Assembly: GCA_951406725.2 (NCBI GenBank)
Contig: OX597839.1
Coordinates: 33,852,001-33,916,000 of the forward strand
DNA: 64,000 nucleotides
DNA from: Octopus vulgaris
Lineage: Eukaryota
Direction: 5' to 3'
The position numbers were made by a program, and so were the translations under genes. Below the pieces are notes generated by a model. It was not told where the DNA came from. It was given only the letters and a program-made list of their open reading frames with translations, and did no database searches. Below, piece by piece: positions 61,160-64,000 of this stretch (its first letter is position 1; every line of letters begins with the position of its first letter).

Positions 61160-61395
61160 CAAGGCGGCGAGCTGGCAGAAACGTTAGCACGCCAGGCGAA
61201 GTGCGTAGCAGTATTTCGTCTGCCGCTACGTTCCGAGTTCAAATTCCGCCGAGGTCAACTTTACCTTTCATCCTTTTGGGGTCGATAAATTAAGTACCAA
61301 TTACGCACTGGGGTCGATGTAATCGACTTAATCCTTTTGTCTGTCCTTGTTTGTCCCCTCTGTGTTTAGCCCCTTGTGGGTAGTAAAGAAATAGA
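61160..61395 (+). mobile_element. Family B SINE monomer
   Basis: GGCGGCGAGCTGGCAGAAACGTTAGC head to GTAGTAAAGAAATA. Confidence 0.9.
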
Positions 61396-61682
61396 TATCC
61401 TGTACTCCTCCAGTCACTCCTAGCCCCACTCGTTCCTACCCACTTTGTACCCTGAAAATCCACCCTATCACCTCATTACTATTACTTTTTATCATTTTCC
61501 AGCTCAACCCACTCACTCCCACCCTCTCCTTTAAATGTGAGTAGACATGTCAGGCCTCCACAGCAAGAAACTTTTTTCTGCTCAGACCCTTTTCTCTCTC
61601 AGACTTTACTCCTCCCTGCTCTTCATTCTCCTACCATTCAGGTTTCCTCTCCCCATTCTTGCAAGCTTCAAGGTGATCTCAG

Positions 61683-62119
61683 AAGTGCTGGTGGCACATA
61701 AAAAGGAACCCAGTCCACTCTGTAAAGTGGTTGGCATCACAAACGGCTTCCAGCCATAGAAACCATGCCAAAGCAGAAAGCAGAGTAGAGCGATCATGTG
61801 GAAGAGGTAGACCCAGGAAAATGTGGGACAAAGTGGTGAGAAAGGATCTACAATTGTTGGGACTCGCAGAGGGGATGACATGGGACCGAGACTCCTGTTG
61901 GTTTTGCTGTGCTTGAAAAGACATGCCAAGCTAAGTAAAAGTGTGGTTGCCCTTGTACACAAGTTCATCCCCTGCAATCCTCTCCAGCTGACCATCCCTA
62001 ATCTTGCGGGCTCATAAGTGCTGGTGCCACATAAAAAGTGCCCAGTCCACTCTGTAAAGTGGTTGGCATCACAGACGGCTTCCAGCCATAGAAACCATGC
62101 CAACGCAGAAAGCAGAGTA
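61683..62119 (+). mobile_element. RTE RT C-terminal fragment between duplicated tail segments
   Basis: ERSCGRGRPRKMWDKVVRKDLQLLGL...DRDS; direct repeats 61683-61787 and 62016-62119. Confidence 0.75.
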
Positions 62120-62439
62120 TGATGTACATTATTTACATTTGACGGATATTTAAAAAAATTGAGAATTATACATCTTCAGAGTTTGCTTATTAGAATATTC
62201 TTATTACATTCTGTGAATTTAATAAGAATAATAGAATGAGAAACAAATTTTGGAGATCTGTTATTCTTCATTCTTCTTTACGATGTCTCTGTAGGGTGTT
62301 CGCAATCCACCAAAGTGAATTCACTATTTACTGTTTACTTGTAGATCTTAAACAATTCTGTTTGTTCCCTATCATTTGATGTGGTTAGCCAGATCTGGAT
62401 TACATCAGTGTGTTGATAAGGTATTCCCGATCCCTGCGC

Positions 62440-62840
62440 CTCGTTCAACATCAATGGAAATTGTAGTTGAGATACCAGTGCCGGTGGCACGTAAGAGAAC
62501 CATCCGAATGTGGCCGTTGCCAGCACTGCCCCGACTGGCCTCCGTTCCGGTGGCATGTAAAAAGCACCATCTGATTGTGACCGTTGCCAGCCTCGTCTGG
62601 CCCCCGTGCCGGTAGCACGTAAAAAGCACCATCTGATCGTGGCCGTTTGCCACGTCTGGCACCTGTACAAGTGGCACATAAAAGGCACTCACTACACTCT
62701 CGGAGTGGTTGGCATTGGGAAGAGCATCCAGCTGTAGAAACACTGCCAGATCATACTGGGCCTGGCTTCCCAGACCCCAGTTGAACCGTCCAATCCATGC
62801 TAGCATGGAAAACGGACGTTAAATGATGATGATGATGATG
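62440..62840 (+). mobile_element. Family D RTE-tail element with four hairpin units
   Basis: CAACATCAATGGAAATTG to (GAT)n. Confidence 0.8.
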
Positions 62841-63508
62841 TGCCCCTTTCCACTTTGCACCTTGAAGGCCCACTCTGACACTTCATCAACACATTTCTAT
62901 CACTTTCCCACCACCCTCTCTTCTAAAATGCGAGTGGACATGTCAGGCCTCCACAGCAAGAAACTTGTTCTGCTCCGGCCCTTTTTTCTCATATGTTGTT
63001 GCTGTCAAATCCTCATCTCCTTGCATAAAGTTGCCCCCTTTGGGGTGCATAATCTTTCAAGCTGCATGCTGACCTCAAATCATGTTGGTTTCATGCAGAA
63101 AGAACCCAATAGTCATTGTAAAGTGGTTGGTATTACAAAGGGCACCCCATCATAGAAACCCTGCCAAAGCAGACGCTGTAACAAAATGCAGTCCTTAGAC
63201 CATCAGACCCCTGTCGAACCGTCCAACCCATGCCAGCATGGAAAAGTGGATGTTAACTGATGAAGATGCTGCCTGACCTAAAAAGAAGACTTCTGATGGA
63301 GTCTTTACTGGCTGATACTAGTGGGAGGAAACGGAGGAGACTGGGTTTAGTGCAGCTGTACTAATAAATCCATTATCGCAGAGATTTATAAAGAGAAATA
63401 AAATAAGAAAAAATATAGAATTCTTTAAGCAGAGCAGCTGGCAGCGGTTGATAAATCGAGTGATGGGGTTTATGTTAGTGCTCTCAGAAATTTTCTCCAA
63501 GAATAAGC

Positions 63509-63546
<38 letters not shown>

Positions 63547-63547
<1 letters not shown>

Positions 63548-63727
63548 TGTATTTTAATGTGTATAAGGAACCATTTTTTGTTAAAAAATTAGGTTAAATA
63601 TATATGTGAGTTTCTTATACATGGACAATATTATAATCCTTTGCAAAACCTTTTTTTCTAAATTTTAAGACCCCTCAAAAAGGGGGTTCCTTATACATGA
63701 GGGTTACTTATACACGTTAAAACACGG
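63547..63727. mobile_element. Tc1/mariner (pogo-like) MITE
   Basis: TA|CTGTATTTTAATGTGTATAAG ... CTTATACACGTTAAAACACGG (18 of 21 inverted match). Confidence 0.7.
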
Positions 63728-63739
63728 TGTGTATATATA

Positions 63740-64000
63740 TCATCATCATCATCGTTTAACGTCCGTTTTCCGTGCTAGCATGGGTTGGACGGTTCGACCG
63801 GGGTCTGGGAAGCCAGGAGGCTGCACCAGGCTCCAGTCTGATCTGGCAGTGTTTCTACAGCTGGATGCCCTTCCTAACGCCAACCACTCCGTGAGTGTAG
63901 TGGGTGCTTTTTACGTGCCACTGGCACAGGTGCCAGACAAGGCTGGCAAACAGCCACGATCGGATGGTGCTTTTTACATGCCACCAGCACGAGGCCAGTC
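63740..64000 (-). mobile_element. Family D RTE-tail element (runs off window)
   Basis: (ATC)n tail and shared motifs. Confidence 0.85.

Overview
Eukaryotic, AT-rich, extremely repeat-dense window. The SINE/LINE repertoire looks like that of an octopus or other coleoid cephalopod (inference from memory of repeat families, not a database match). I recognised no conserved protein-coding gene, rRNA, tRNA gene or CRISPR array; nearly all long ORFs in the track are translations of microsatellites or interspersed repeats. Contents: three tRNA-derived SINE families (A, CORE-type with an internal (TA)n(TG)n; B, with a Meta-like central domain; C, with interchangeable tails), more than ten copies of an RTE-LINE 3' end carrying 63-bp hairpin repeats, decayed RTE and CR1 RT C-termini, piggyBac-, hAT-, Tc1/mariner- and Helitron-type non-autonomous elements, Penelope-like remnants, and many micro/minisatellites. 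Most notable: (1) a core-intact type I hammerhead ribozyme at 22626-22701 (-) with two degenerate relatives; (2) 184-bp SINE concatemers with a fixed junction at several loci; (3) piggyBac-MITE tandem trimers sharing the same 23-nt spacer at two loci; (4) a 99-bp duplication flanking a SINE; (5) closely spaced inverted SINE pairs and fold-back duplications (potential dsRNA); (6) a homogeneous 48-bp G-quadruplex minisatellite; (7) a CpG-rich island with a perfect RFX X-box, and a tentative chain of small exons. All exon calls are low-confidence hand predictions; many repeat boundaries are approximate.
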